Shown piece after piece: positions 39,142 to 51,911 of a DNA stretch of 64,000 bases. Under the pieces are notes generated by a model. It was not told where the DNA came from, made no database searches, and saw nothing but the letters and a program-made list of their open reading frames with translations. Origin of the DNA: Alphaproteobacteria bacterium (GTDB taxonomy: Bacteria > Pseudomonadota > Alphaproteobacteria > UBA828). Position numbers and translations under genes: made by a program. The number at the start of each line of letters is the position of its first letter. The stretch's first letter is position 1. The stretch spans positions 96,001-160,000 of the forward strand of contig CBDCQT010000011.1 of the NCBI GenBank assembly GCA_965220745.1, written 5' to 3'.

Positions 39142-40839
39142 ATGGCGGACGGGAACGGCGCTCTCGGCGACAACGTCTACCGGGCGGACCGGAATCTTCA
39201 GGCCCTCCTGCAGCGCAGCGCGCCCTGGCTCACCGACGACGACACCGAGCGGCTGAGCAGCTTCGGCGGCTGGGTCGCGACCGCCGTCGACGAACAGGCC
39301 GACTACACCAACCGCTTCGCGCCGCCGGTCCTCGAGACCCTGGATGAAGACGGCCTCCCCCGTTCCGTGGTCCGCCACAATCCGCTCTACGCCGCAGCGC
39401 ACCGCGAGGTTTATGAGCGAGGCATTGTCGGGCTCAACTACGGCGCGGCGCGGCGCCCCTACACGTTGACCTTCGCGATGGGCTATCTGCTCGCGCAGTC
39501 CGATATCTCAATTCACTGCCCGGTGACGCTCACCGGCGCCGTCGCCCACGTGCTCGACCGCTTCGCGCCGGAGGCAGTGCGCGACGCCTACTTGCCCCGG
39601 CTTGTGCGTACGGACGGCAAGGCTCTGACCGGCGGCACCTGGGTCACGGAGAAGCAGGGCGGTAGCGACGTCGGCGCTACCGAGACCACGGCACGGCGCA
39701 CCAACGACGGCATCCTGCTCAGTGGGCTCAAGTGGTTCGCCAGCAATGTCGACGGCGGGATCGCGCTCACCCTCGCCCGGCCCGAGGGCGCAGGGGGAAG
39801 TGGCACCAGGCTCGGCCTCTATCTGGTGCCGGCGCGATGCCCCGACGGCGCGCCCAATCGCTACCGGATCAGGCGGCTCAAGGACAAGCTCGGCACCCGC
39901 GGCCTCGCCACCGGGGAGATCGAGCTGGAGGACGCTCACGCGCTGGAGGTGGCGCCGCCGCCTAACGGGCTCAAGACCATGATGGCGGCGCTCGGCTACA
40001 GCCGTATCCACAACGCCATGGCCTCGGCCGGCATTCAGCGGCGCGCCTTCGCCGAGGCGCTCGCCCACGCCGAGGCCCGCGAAGCGTTCGGCCACCGCCT
40101 CACCGCCTACCCGATGGTGCAGGACCAGCTGGTCGAAATGCAGGTGCGTGTGGAGGCGAGCGTGGCGCTGGCCTTCGCCGCTGCGCGCGCGTTCGACGAA
40201 GCGCAGGGGACACCGGCCGAGCAGCCCTGGATGCGGCTCGTCACCGCGCTCGTCAAGTATCTCACGGCGGAATGGGCGATCACCGCGACCAACCGGGCGA
40301 TCGAGATCCTGGGCGGCAACGGTTACACCGAGGAGTATCCCACGGCCAGGCTCTACCGCGATGCCCAGGTGCTCACCGTGTGGGAGGGGCCGCCCAACAT
40401 TCAGGCGCTGGAGGTGCTGCGCCTTGCAGGCGCGGAATCGCCAGGGCTCGCCGCCTTTCACGCGCGCCTCGACGCCATCCTCAACATGCCCTTCGTCGCC
40501 AACCACTCGGCCTTCGTGCGGGCCCGCGCGCTGATCTTCCAGGCCCGGCGGGAGGTGGCTGCGCTGACGGCCTTGATCCGCGACGATGAGTCCGAAGGGC
40601 AGCGCCAGGCCCACAGGCTGATGGACCGCATGGCCAAGGGCTTAGCCGCGGCCCTATTGGTCGAGGAGGCAGCCGCCGATTGGGGTGCCGGCGATGCGCG
40701 CAAGGCAGTGGTCGCACGCCTCTTCGCCGCGCAGGAGCTGGCGGCGCCGGAACCGCCCAAGCCGGGCGAGAGCGAAGGCCAGCGATTCTTCGAGCCGCTC
40801 GCCCAATACCAGAAGATCGAGACGCCGCACCCGGATTGA
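39142..40839 (+). CDS. Acyl-CoA dehydrogenase family protein, AidB-like
   Basis: CP.T.T, W.TEKQGGSDV, G.KWF.SN, RLKDKLGTR..ATGE, GGNGY.EE, VWEG..NI.AL. Confidence 0.88.
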   Translation: MADGNGALGDNVYRADRNLQALLQRSAPWLTDDDTERLSSFGGWVATAVDEQADYTNRFAPPVLETLDEDGLPRSVVRHNPLYAAAHREVYERGIVGLNYGAARRPYTLTFAMGYLLAQSDISIHCPVTLTGAVAHVLDRFAPEAVRDAYLPRLVRTDGKALTGGTWVTEKQGGSDVGATETTARRTNDGILLSGLKWFASNVDGGIALTLARPEGAGGSGTRLGLYLVPARCPDGAPNRYRIRRLKDKLGTRGLATGEIELEDAHALEVAPPPNGLKTMMAALGYSRIHNAMASAGIQRRAFAEALAHAEAREAFGHRLTAYPMVQDQLVEMQVRVEASVALAFAAARAFDEAQGTPAEQPWMRLVTALVKYLTAEWAITATNRAIEILGGNGYTEEYPTARLYRDAQVLTVWEGPPNIQALEVLRLAGAESPGLAAFHARLDAILNMPFVANHSAFVRARALIFQARREVAALTALIRDDESEGQRQAHRLMDRMAKGLAAALLVEEAAADWGAGDARKAVVARLFAAQELAAPEPPKPGESEGQRFFEPLAQYQKIETPHPD

Positions 40840-40942
40840 CCGTGTCGCAGGGCCGGCGGTGGAAAACGCCTATCCGGCCGCCGCCGTCGCGTGCTATGTG
40901 CTGGGCTCGCTAACGGAGCGGGCGCGTTTTCGGAGCGAAGGG

Positions 40943-41716
40943 ATGGAGATCAACGGCAAGAACATCGCGGTCGAGCAGCATGGCGACGGCGACGCGGTGG
41001 TCATGGTCCACGGCCTCGGCGGCACCAGCAACACCTGGTATCCGCAGGTGGGACCGCTCGCCCGGTTTTTCCGCGTGGTTCGGCCTGACCTCGAGGGCTC
41101 CGGCCGCTCGCCCGCCACGGGTGCCCTCTCCATCGCCTCCTTCGCCGCCGATGTGGTCGCGGTGATGGATGAGCTGGACATTTCGACCGCGCATCTCTGC
41201 GGCCACTCCATGGGCACGATCGTCTGCCAGCACATCGCCGCCGAGCACGCGGAACGGGTGAAGAGCCTCGCCCTCCTCGGTCCGCTGGCAGAACCGCCCG
41301 AGCCTGCCCGACAGGCGATCCGCGACCGCGCAGCTGTCGCACGCGAGAAGGGCATGACGCCGATTGCGGACACCCTGGTGGAAGTCGCAATCTCGGCCGA
41401 TACCAGAGCGCACTATCCGGCGTCGGCCGCCTTCGTCCGCGAGATTCTCATGGGCCAGGATGCGGAGGGCTACGCGCGCACCTGCGAGGCGCTTGCCGCG
41501 GCCACGAGCGCAGACCTCGCCAGCATCCGCTGCCCCACGCTGCTGATCACCGGCGACGAGGACGGCGTCTCGCCGCCGCCGGCGGTGAAGGCCCTGAGCA
41601 GCAAGATCAAGGGTTCCCGCGTTGCCGTGCTGCCCGGCTGCGGTCACTGGACCCCGATCGAGAAGCCGGCTCAAGTCAATGGATTGATTCTAAACCTCTA
41701 TTACAGCTTCAGTTAG
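40943..41716 (+). CDS. Alpha/beta hydrolase (3-oxoadipate enol-lactonase-like)
   Basis: HGLGG, GSGRS, GHSMG nucleophile elbow, G.ED, GHW..E.P. Confidence 0.88.
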   Translation: MEINGKNIAVEQHGDGDAVVMVHGLGGTSNTWYPQVGPLARFFRVVRPDLEGSGRSPATGALSIASFAADVVAVMDELDISTAHLCGHSMGTIVCQHIAAEHAERVKSLALLGPLAEPPEPARQAIRDRAAVAREKGMTPIADTLVEVAISADTRAHYPASAAFVREILMGQDAEGYARTCEALAAATSADLASIRCPTLLITGDEDGVSPPPAVKALSSKIKGSRVAVLPGCGHWTPIEKPAQVNGLILNLYYSFS

Positions 41717-41724
41717 GTAGGGCC

Positions 41725-42222
41725 ATGGCGACGAGAAAGCAGGGCAACCGGGGGAGCGCACAGACGCGTTCCCGCAAGAGTTCGGGCAAGGCTCGGCCGC
41801 CCGCCGCCAGGCGATCCTCTCGCGCCGGACCGACCCCGGCGTCGTCCGGCGCCGCGCCGGCGACCTTTTATGTCTGCCGCTCCTGCGTGTGGTCTGAATC
41901 CGCGCGTGAGCGCGACGGCAAGCGCCAAGGCACCTTCCTGCTGGAGGCGGTGCGCGAACTCATCGAGGCCTCCCCCCTGCCGGAGGCGCTAAACTTGCGC
42001 GCCGTCTATTGCCTGAACGGCTGCAAGAGCCCGTGCAATGTGGGCTTCCGCTCGGCCGGCAAGCACCACGTGCGCTTCAGCCATTTGACGCCGGAGAATG
42101 CGGCGGATGTCATCGCCTACGCGCGTGCCTACCAGACGAACGCGACCGGCGAAGTCTCCGAGGACGAGACGCCGACGGCAATGCGCGGCAAGATGACGGT
42201 GCACACCCCGCCGATCGGCTAG
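41725..42222 (+). CDS. DUF1636-family Cys-rich thioredoxin-like protein
   Basis: VCRSC...V.CLNGC.SPC...GK...F..L pattern. Confidence 0.75.
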   Translation: MATRKQGNRGSAQTRSRKSSGKARPPAARRSSRAGPTPASSGAAPATFYVCRSCVWSESARERDGKRQGTFLLEAVRELIEASPLPEALNLRAVYCLNGCKSPCNVGFRSAGKHHVRFSHLTPENAADVIAYARAYQTNATGEVSEDETPTAMRGKMTVHTPPIG

Positions 42223-42231
42223 CGGCGCCTT

Positions 42232-42813
42232 TTAGTTGGGCCGGGTAGCCGCTTCGCCGGCATCGATCTCCTGCTCCTCCAGTGAGGCACCAGCATAGCG
42301 CCGGTTGGCCTCGCCCAAGGCACTGCGGAGCGCCGCTACGAGGCTCGCCCGCTCCTCCGGCGCCAGGAATGGGCCGATCACGAGCGAGCGGCCGTGCGAG
42401 GTGAGCGTGATCTGGCTGTGGTGCTCCACCGGCTCGTCGAGGGCGACACGGAGCCAGTAGGGGTTGAAGCGCCATTCCGTCGTGCGGCCGTTGGGCGCGA
42501 TGCGCCGGATCACGACCTCGTCGGCCGTCACGCGGATGGTCTCCCGCAGGCGGCCCGAGCGATAGCTCAGCCGGAATGCGAGATAAAGCAGCGCGATGTC
42601 GAGGCCGAAGAAGCCGAGCACCGGCCACGCTCCCTGAAGCAGGAAGAAGACGCCGAGCCCGACACTGATGACGATGACGCCGGCCATGACCGCGATGAAA
42701 CCAGCGCGCCCCAGCGAACGATTGGGTGCGAGCTCCGCATCGAATATGACCGTTGCGCCGGTTGCCTCTCCGCCGGCTGATTCGACGAATGGGGGCGACG
42801 GGGATTGGCTCAT
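42232..42813 (-). CDS. DUF2244-family membrane protein
   Basis: L.PNRSL...GF, GAWPV.GFFGLD, NPYW.R, IG.FL.PEER. Confidence 0.85.
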   Translation of the reverse strand: MSQSPSPPFVESAGGEATGATVIFDAELAPNRSLGRAGFIAVMAGVIVISVGLGVFFLLQGAWPVLGFFGLDIALLYLAFRLSYRSGRLRETIRVTADEVVIRRIAPNGRTTEWRFNPYWLRVALDEPVEHHSQITLTSHGRSLVIGPFLAPEERASLVAALRSALGEANRRYAGASLEEQEIDAGEAATRPN

Positions 42814-42921
42814 GAGGCCAGCGTAACGGCTCCAGCGCGCGCTGGTAAAGTACGACCGCCAGTTTTCTCGACGCGAGGGCGATTATCAGGCCGCAAAGCC
42901 CCCTTTTTGGGGTGAGGCCGC

Positions 42922-42981
42922 TTGACACAATTGGGCGAATCGCCGTCAACTCGGCAGCGATCTATTGGAGCCAGGAGGAGG
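42922..42981 (+). promoter_or_regulatory. Putative sigma70 promoter and strong RBS of the lipoprotein gene
   Basis: Perfect TTGACA at 42922-42927, part of a TTGAC-N18-GTCAA inverted repeat; AGGAGGAGG just before ATG 42984. Confidence 0.45.
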
Positions 42982-42983
42982 CT

Positions 42984-43313
42984 ATGCTCAAAAAATCGTG
43001 GGCGGTGCGGATTGCAGTTGTCGCTCTTCCGTTGGCCGTCGCTGCGGGGTGCCAGTCCGCCGCCGAGCAGGAACAGGCGGCCGCTGCCATAGCTGGCGCC
43101 GAGGCGATGGCTACGGAAGCCATGCAAACCGCCAACCAGGCCCTAGTCGCGGTTGATGAGCTGCGCGCCGCCGTGGACGCGGCCAACCAGAGCGCGGCGG
43201 CAGCGGCAGCGGCGGCCGAGGCCGCGGCCGGCTCGGCCGAGGCAGCGGCCGAGGCAGCGCAGGCGGCTGCGGACAAGGCCGACCGCATTTTCCAGAAGGG
43301 GATGCGCAAGTAG
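42984..43313 (+). CDS. Lpp/OprI-like alanine-zipper lipoprotein
   Basis: Lipobox AVAAG-C23, Ala-rich coiled coil, C-terminus ADRIFQKGMRK. Confidence 0.8.
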   Translation: MLKKSWAVRIAVVALPLAVAAGCQSAAEQEQAAAAIAGAEAMATEAMQTANQALVAVDELRAAVDAANQSAAAAAAAAEAAAGSAEAAAEAAQAAADKADRIFQKGMRK

Positions 43314-43319
43314 AGCCGG

Positions 43320-43343
43320 CAGGCGGCTCTCTCACGCCGCCTG
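43320..43343. terminator. Hairpin between convergent genes
   Basis: CAGGCGGC / GCCGCCTG 8-bp stem with 8-nt loop; no U-tract. Confidence 0.4.
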
Positions 43344-43350
43344 GCCCTGG

Positions 43351-44340
43351 CTAACTGGGAGTTGCGGAGCGGTCCACGGTGACTTGGACAGGGACGCCGG
43401 ACCGTTCTTCGAAAGCCTTGCGAATGAGGTGCCAGTCCAGACGGTCCTGGGCGGCACCGGCTAGAGTCTTGATCCGGAAGAGAGCGTCGGCGCGGGAGCG
43501 CGCGTCGACGCTCTCTATTTGCCCGGTCCATTCCAGTTCGTCCGCCTGTTCGGCCTCGGGGTGTGCCTCCACATAGAGCTCACCGCCGTACCAGCCGATC
43601 TTGATCGCCTGACTGATGACCTGCACCGGCGTGCCGACCGGCACGAGCTCGAACAGCCGCGCGATATCCTCGGGATAGAGGCGGATGCATCCGTGGCTCA
43701 CCCGACGCCCGACGCCCCACGGCATGTTCGTGCCGTGGATGAGATAGCTTGGCCAATCGAAATAGAGCGCATGGCTGCCGAGCGGATTGTGCGGGCCCGG
43801 TGGAACCGCCTTGGGCAGATGCGGCTTCTCGGCACGGATCGATTCCGGCGGGAACCAGATCGGCCTTTCCTTCTTGCGCACGATTTCGGTGCTGCCGAGG
43901 GGCGTGGCCCACCCCTCCTTGCCCACGCCGAGCGGGAAGGTCTGAGGTACGGTGCCGTCCGGCCCGAAGTAATAGAGGCGATGCTCCGCCAGGTTGACGA
44001 CGAGGCCCCGCCGCTCGGCATCGGGCAGGACGTGCGCGGTCGGCAGAACGATCGGCGTGTTCTCGCCGGGAACCCAGGGGTCGATGCCCTGGTTGGCCGC
44101 GATCATCTCGACATAACCGAGGCCGTTGGCGCGCGCGAGGTCGAGCAATGTGTCTTCGTAGGCGGCGACGACATGGCGCAGCGCGCCGATCATGTCGCTT
44201 GACCGGCGCTCGCCCTCGGTCTCGAGCGCCGCAGCACCGCCGGCTGGAGGCTCCGGCTCTTCGGCCCCGCTGGCCGCCGCCCACGTCAGTGCCGCCACCA
44301 TGACAGTTACGATGGAGAGAGTGGTCTGTCGCCGCTTCAT
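43351..44340 (-). CDS. L,D-transpeptidase, ErfK/YbiS/YcfS family
   Basis: Signal peptide, DTLLDLAR LysM-like region, NL.E.RLY, TP.G, PPGP.NPLG, IHGTN...SHGCIRL, C-terminal LY.E.H domain. Confidence 0.92.
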   Translation of the reverse strand: MKRRQTTLSIVTVMVAALTWAAASGAEEPEPPAGGAAALETEGERRSSDMIGALRHVVAAYEDTLLDLARANGLGYVEMIAANQGIDPWVPGENTPIVLPTAHVLPDAERRGLVVNLAEHRLYYFGPDGTVPQTFPLGVGKEGWATPLGSTEIVRKKERPIWFPPESIRAEKPHLPKAVPPGPHNPLGSHALYFDWPSYLIHGTNMPWGVGRRVSHGCIRLYPEDIARLFELVPVGTPVQVISQAIKIGWYGGELYVEAHPEAEQADELEWTGQIESVDARSRADALFRIKTLAGAAQDRLDWHLIRKAFEERSGVPVQVTVDRSATPS

Positions 44341-44352
44341 CGAATTCCGCGC

Positions 44353-45222
44353 CTAAGCGGGGCCGCCGCTTTCCACCGGCGCGTCCGCACGACTCCCCCA
44401 ATCGCTCCAGGAACCGTCGTAGACGGCGACCTCTTCGGCACCGATTGCGGCGAGCGCGAGCGCCAACGTGCACGCGGTGATGCCCGACCCGCAGGTGGCG
44501 ATGACCGGCCGGGAGAGATCGACGCCGGCGTCGGCGAACGCGCGGCGAATGGCGGCAGTGTCGGTCAGCGCCCCGTCGTCATCATCGAGAACAGCGTTGA
44601 AGGGGACGTTGCGGCTGCCGGGAATATGGCCACGCGGGAGGTCGGGCCGTGGCCCCGGATCCTCGCCTGTGAAGCGCGCGGCGGCGCGTGCATCCACGAT
44701 CTGCGCGCTGCCTGTGCCAAGCGTGGCGCGGACCTGTTCGAACGAGCGGACCAGCGCGTCGTCGCGGCCCTGCGCCGTGAACGATCCCGGCGCGATCGTA
44801 GGCTCGCCGCTCTCAACCGGATGGCCTTCCGCCTGCCAGCGCGGCAGGCCGCCGGCAAGGATCGAAATCCGCTCATGCCCAAACACGCGGAACATCCACC
44901 ACACGCGCGCCGCGCTGTAGAGGCCCACGGTGTCGTAGACCACGACGTGCGAATCGTTGCTGACGCCCAGCGCTGAGACGCTGCGCCCGAAGAGTGCGGG
45001 CGACGGCAGCATGTGGGGCAGTGACGAGTCCGGGTCGCAGATCCCGTCGATGTCGAAGAAGGCAGCGCCCGGAATGTGCGCCTCCAGGAACTCGGCGGCC
45101 GGGTCGCGTCCCAGCGACGGCAGGTGCCAGGAGCCGTCAAGCACGCGCACCGCGCTGTCCTGTCCGCCCTCTGCGGCAAGCCAGCTCGATGTCACGACCA
45201 GCGGCGTCTCGTCTCCGCTCAT
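44353..45222 (-). CDS. sseA: 3-mercaptopyruvate sulfurtransferase
   Basis: HIPGA.FFDID, PHMLP, RVWWMF, GHIPGS, CGSGITA, YDGSW.DWG. Confidence 0.92.
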   Translation of the reverse strand: MSGDETPLVVTSSWLAAEGGQDSAVRVLDGSWHLPSLGRDPAAEFLEAHIPGAAFFDIDGICDPDSSLPHMLPSPALFGRSVSALGVSNDSHVVVYDTVGLYSAARVWWMFRVFGHERISILAGGLPRWQAEGHPVESGEPTIAPGSFTAQGRDDALVRSFEQVRATLGTGSAQIVDARAAARFTGEDPGPRPDLPRGHIPGSRNVPFNAVLDDDDGALTDTAAIRRAFADAGVDLSRPVIATCGSGITACTLALALAAIGAEEVAVYDGSWSDWGSRADAPVESGGPA

Positions 45223-45938
45223 GACGGGTCTCTAAAGGCGAGCGTGACGCGCCGGTTGTGCCGGCCTTTGTTCTCGATCTTGCGGACGATGACCAGTCCG
45301 ATCTCGCCTGTGCGCGCGACATGGGTGCCACCGCAGGGCTGCAGGTCGATCCCTTCGACATTGATGACTCTGACCCGACCCTGGCCCGACGGGGGCTTTA
45401 CCCGCATGGTCTTCACCAGTTCCGGCTGCGCTGCGAGTGCCTCGTCGCTCATCCAACGAGCCGCGACCGGAAGGTCCTGCGCAATGAGCACATTAAGTTC
45501 GTCCTGGACCGCCGACTTCTCCAGCTTGGTATCGACATCGAAGTCGAGGCGCCCTTTCTCCGCCGAGAGTTGCCCGCCGGTCACCGGCGCGTCGATCACG
45601 GCGCTCAGCAAATGCAGGCAGGTATGCATGCGCATGTGGCGATAGCGGCGTTCCCAGTCAAGCTCGGCCACGACGCGGCTTCCCGGTGCCGGCGGTGGCG
45701 TGTCGGGGTCGATCAGATGGAGGATGTCGTCGGCGCCCTCGCCCTTGCGGGTGTCGCGCACCGCGATCTCGGTGCCGTCGTCCGTGCGCAGGATCCCGGT
45801 ATCGCCTGGCTGACCGCCGCCCACGGGGTAGAACACCGTGCGGTCGAGCCGCACCGCTTCGCCGTCAACTGCGCTGACTCGTGCCTCGCAGGTGCGGGTG
45901 TAGGGCTCGGTGCGAAACAGCAGTTCAGTCGGCGGCAT
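45219..45938 (-). CDS. Alanyl-tRNA editing protein, AlaX family
   Basis: T.FYP.GGGQPGD.G, MRMHTCLHLL (HxxxH), QPCGGTHV (CxxxH); start at 45938 or 45947. Confidence 0.9.
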   Translation of the reverse strand: MPPTELLFRTEPYTRTCEARVSAVDGEAVRLDRTVFYPVGGGQPGDTGILRTDDGTEIAVRDTRKGEGADDILHLIDPDTPPPAPGSRVVAELDWERRYRHMRMHTCLHLLSAVIDAPVTGGQLSAEKGRLDFDVDTKLEKSAVQDELNVLIAQDLPVAARWMSDEALAAQPELVKTMRVKPPSGQGRVRVINVEGIDLQPCGGTHVARTGEIGLVIVRKIENKGRHNRRVTLAFRDPS

Positions 45939-46947
45939 CGGGAGCATCGTCGAGCCAGGGTGGCACCGGTAGGTCGCGCTCGCGCAGGAACGCGGCGTTG
46001 AAGAGCTTGCTGAAATAGCGGGTGCCGTAGTCGCAGAGCACGGTGACGATGGTGTGGCCGGGGCCCATCTCCCTTGCCAGCCGGATCGCGCCAGCCACGT
46101 TGATCCCGGTCGAGCCGCCCATGATGTGGCCTTCGTTCTGCGCCAGATCGAAGATCACCGGCAATGCCTCTGCATCCGGAATCTGGAATGGGACGTCGAT
46201 CGGCGCGCCTTCGAGGTTGTCGGTGATCCGACCCTGGCCGATGCCTTCCGTAATCGAGCTGCCCTCCGCCTTGAGCTCGCCGTGGGCGTAGTGGTTGAAG
46301 AGCGCGGCGCCCATGGGGTCCGCGAGGCCGATCGTCACCGAGGGCTTGCGCTCCTTGAGCGCCATGCCGACCCCGGCGAGCGTACCGCCGGTGCCGACAG
46401 CGCAGATGAAGCCATCGATCTTGCCCCCGGTCTGCTCCCAAATCTCGGGCCCGGTAGTTTCGACATGGGCCTGGCGGTTGGCCACGTTGTCGAACTGGTT
46501 GGCCCAGACCGCGCCGTTCGGCTCCGTCGCGGCGAGCTCATCGGCAAGGCGCCCGGAATACTTCACGTAGTTGTTGGGATCGCGGTAGGGGACCGCCGGC
46601 ACCTGGATCAGCTCCGCGCCGCAGAGCCGCAGCATGTCTTTCTTCTCCTGGCTCTGGGTCTCCGGAATCACGATTACCGAGCGGTAGCCGAGCGCGTTCC
46701 CCACGAGCGCAAGCCCGATGCCGGTGTTGCCGGCGGTGCCTTCGACGATGGTCCCGCCGGGCTTGAGCACGCCCCGCCGCTCGGCGTCGCGCACGATGAA
46801 GAGCGCGGCGCGGTCCTTGACCGAGCCGCCGGGGTTCAGAAACTCGCACTTGCCGAGGATCTCGCAGCCGGTGGCCTCGGAGGGGCCGTGCAGGCGGATC
46901 AGCGGCGTGTTTCCGATCAGTTCAACGAAACTCGGTACGGCTGTCAT
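45925..46947 (-). CDS. Cysteine synthase (PLP-dependent)
   Basis: IGNTPL, NPGGSVKDR, EGTAGNTG, NQFDN, GTGGT, EGIG. Confidence 0.93.
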   Translation of the reverse strand: MTAVPSFVELIGNTPLIRLHGPSEATGCEILGKCEFLNPGGSVKDRAALFIVRDAERRGVLKPGGTIVEGTAGNTGIGLALVGNALGYRSVIVIPETQSQEKKDMLRLCGAELIQVPAVPYRDPNNYVKYSGRLADELAATEPNGAVWANQFDNVANRQAHVETTGPEIWEQTGGKIDGFICAVGTGGTLAGVGMALKERKPSVTIGLADPMGAALFNHYAHGELKAEGSSITEGIGQGRITDNLEGAPIDVPFQIPDAEALPVIFDLAQNEGHIMGGSTGINVAGAIRLAREMGPGHTIVTVLCDYGTRYFSKLFNAAFLRERDLPVPPWLDDAPDAAD

Positions 46948-47121
46948 GGCACCCCACGCCCCCGAAGAAAGCGGCGCACCCTAGCCCGGATTTCTTACCG
47001 ATGTCACGGCCTGCGACTGCGGCCCGGATCAAGTTACCTGCCGGGGTAGCCTTGTCCGCCACGGGGTGCGCGGCTACAGTCTCGCTTGATCCGACCCTTA
47101 CGACTGTCGAGGCAGCCCACC

Positions 47122-47361
47122 ATGAGCGAACCCGTCGTCGCCCAGGCGGAACCCTATGAAACCGAGCTTGTTGCCGGGGAGAAGTACTTCTGGTGCGCGT
47201 GCGGCCTGAGCGCCACCCAACCCTTCTGCGACGGCTCGCACAAGGTGACCGACATCCGCCCGATCGTCTTCACCGCCGAAGAGAGCGAGACCGCGTGGCT
47301 CTGCGGCTGCAAGCAGACCGGGAGCAAACCGCACTGCGACGGCACCCACAACACGCTCTGA
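47122..47361 (+). CDS. Double CDGSH iron-sulfur domain protein
   Basis: WCACGLS..QPFCDGSH and LCGCKQT...P.CDGTH. Confidence 0.92.
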   Translation: MSEPVVAQAEPYETELVAGEKYFWCACGLSATQPFCDGSHKVTDIRPIVFTAEESETAWLCGCKQTGSKPHCDGTHNTL

Positions 47362-47387
47362 AAACACGCCCGCACGCTGGACAGGCC

Positions 47388-47954
47388 GTGGGTGGCGGCA
47401 CGCGATATTGGCGCCGCGCGCCTGAGCGGGCGGGCGGGGTGCTCCTCGCTACAGCCTTGGTGGTCGCGCTCACCGGCTGCAATCCGTTCGCTGACCCGCC
47501 GCCCTGCCCCAGAGTCAGCATTCTGAAGGAAGCGCGCCTACTCACCCTCTACGGCGACGGGCCGGGGCGCAAAGCGGCCGACGTGGCCTTCGAGTTGGAG
47601 CTTCGCAACGTTGTCTCGGACTGCGACTATGATCTCGACGACAGTGGCGGCGGCGTGGAGGTCACATTCGCGCTGCCGATCCACGCAGCGCGCGGGCCCG
47701 CGGCAGAAAGCGACCGATTGAGCGTGCCCTTCTTCGTCGCGCTTACCGACCCGAGCCGGCAAATCGTCGCCAAAGAGGTCTTCACGGCGGAGATCGCCTT
47801 CGAGGCCGACAGCGCGAGCGCGCGAACGGTGGAGGAGATCGAGCAGTGGATCCCCCTCGGGCCGGGGGCGTACGGGGCAGGCTACGAGACGCTGGTCGGC
47901 TTCCAGCTCACTGCCGTACAGCTCGAGGAGTCTCAACGACCCAAAACACAGTGA
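47388..47954 (+). CDS. Hypothetical lipoprotein
   Basis: LVVALTG-C lipobox; CP.V, RGPA, PFFVA and GFQLT motifs; start uncertain (47388 or 47439). Confidence 0.7.
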   Translation: MGGGTRYWRRAPERAGGVLLATALVVALTGCNPFADPPPCPRVSILKEARLLTLYGDGPGRKAADVAFELELRNVVSDCDYDLDDSGGGVEVTFALPIHAARGPAAESDRLSVPFFVALTDPSRQIVAKEVFTAEIAFEADSASARTVEEIEQWIPLGPGAYGAGYETLVGFQLTAVQLEESQRPKTQ

Positions 47955-48081
47955 AGTGTGCGCCGCGCGTTCGAGACGGTTTCGGATCGCAGCGCCGCGC
48001 TGAACCGCGGCGACTGCCTTGTCACACCAGCCGGTGCTTCCTACCATGCGCACACTCGCCCGGCGGAGAGGAGCCCACGCC

Positions 48082-48522
48082 ATGACCAAGGCCCAGACTG
48101 CTGCGGCTGCAAGCCCGGCCGCCCCAGAGTCGCCGTTCACCCTTGTCAGGAGGGATGACCCCTCCTTCGTGCCGGGACGGCGCGACTTCATGACGTACCG
48201 CGACCTCGGCGTCACGGCGGCGAGCGACGGACGTATCCGCGCGCAGATCACTTCCGCCAAGGTGGGGCTCACGCGGCCGACCGGCTGGCACACGCACATC
48301 TGCGAGGGGCAGATCGTCTACATGCTGAGCGGCTGGATCGATCTCGCCTTCGAGCACGAGACCATCCGCATCGAGGAAGGAGATTCGCTCTACATTCCAG
48401 GCGACACGCCGCACAACGAGGTTGCGACCTCTGACACGTTCGACCTGATCGAAATCTCCGTGCCCGCGGACATGGGCACCGAGCCCTGCGATCCACCGCC
48501 GGGATGGCGCGGGGACGACTAA
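48082..48522 (+). CDS. Cupin domain protein
   Basis: YRDLG, TGWH.H...Q.VY.L.G, GD...IP...PHNE; GAGGAG RBS. Confidence 0.85.
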   Translation: MTKAQTAAAASPAAPESPFTLVRRDDPSFVPGRRDFMTYRDLGVTAASDGRIRAQITSAKVGLTRPTGWHTHICEGQIVYMLSGWIDLAFEHETIRIEEGDSLYIPGDTPHNEVATSDTFDLIEISVPADMGTEPCDPPPGWRGDD

Positions 48523-48541
48523 GTCACGCCAAGTCCGTCGC

Positions 48542-50188
<1,647 letters not shown>

Positions 50189-50285
50189 GACCTGTGGCCG
50201 CTTGCCTGCGTGTGCGGAGTTTAGCGCGGATCGGCAGGGCTTCGCACCCGGCTATCCGTGGTGCGGGGTCGAGGGCGGGCGCCGC

Positions 50286-51903
<1,618 letters not shown>

Positions 51904-51911
<8 letters not shown>

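Noticed and set aside
38350-40839. Extended ORFs: 829 aa here, also 10871-12562, 14645-16249, 55598-56272 and 57907-58809
   Set aside because: The N-terminal parts overlap other real genes and result from scarce stop codons at high GC; starts were trimmed.
43180-43280. GCN-rich repeats resembling a tandem array
   Set aside because: Explained by poly-Ala codons of the lipoprotein; no repeat-spacer structure.
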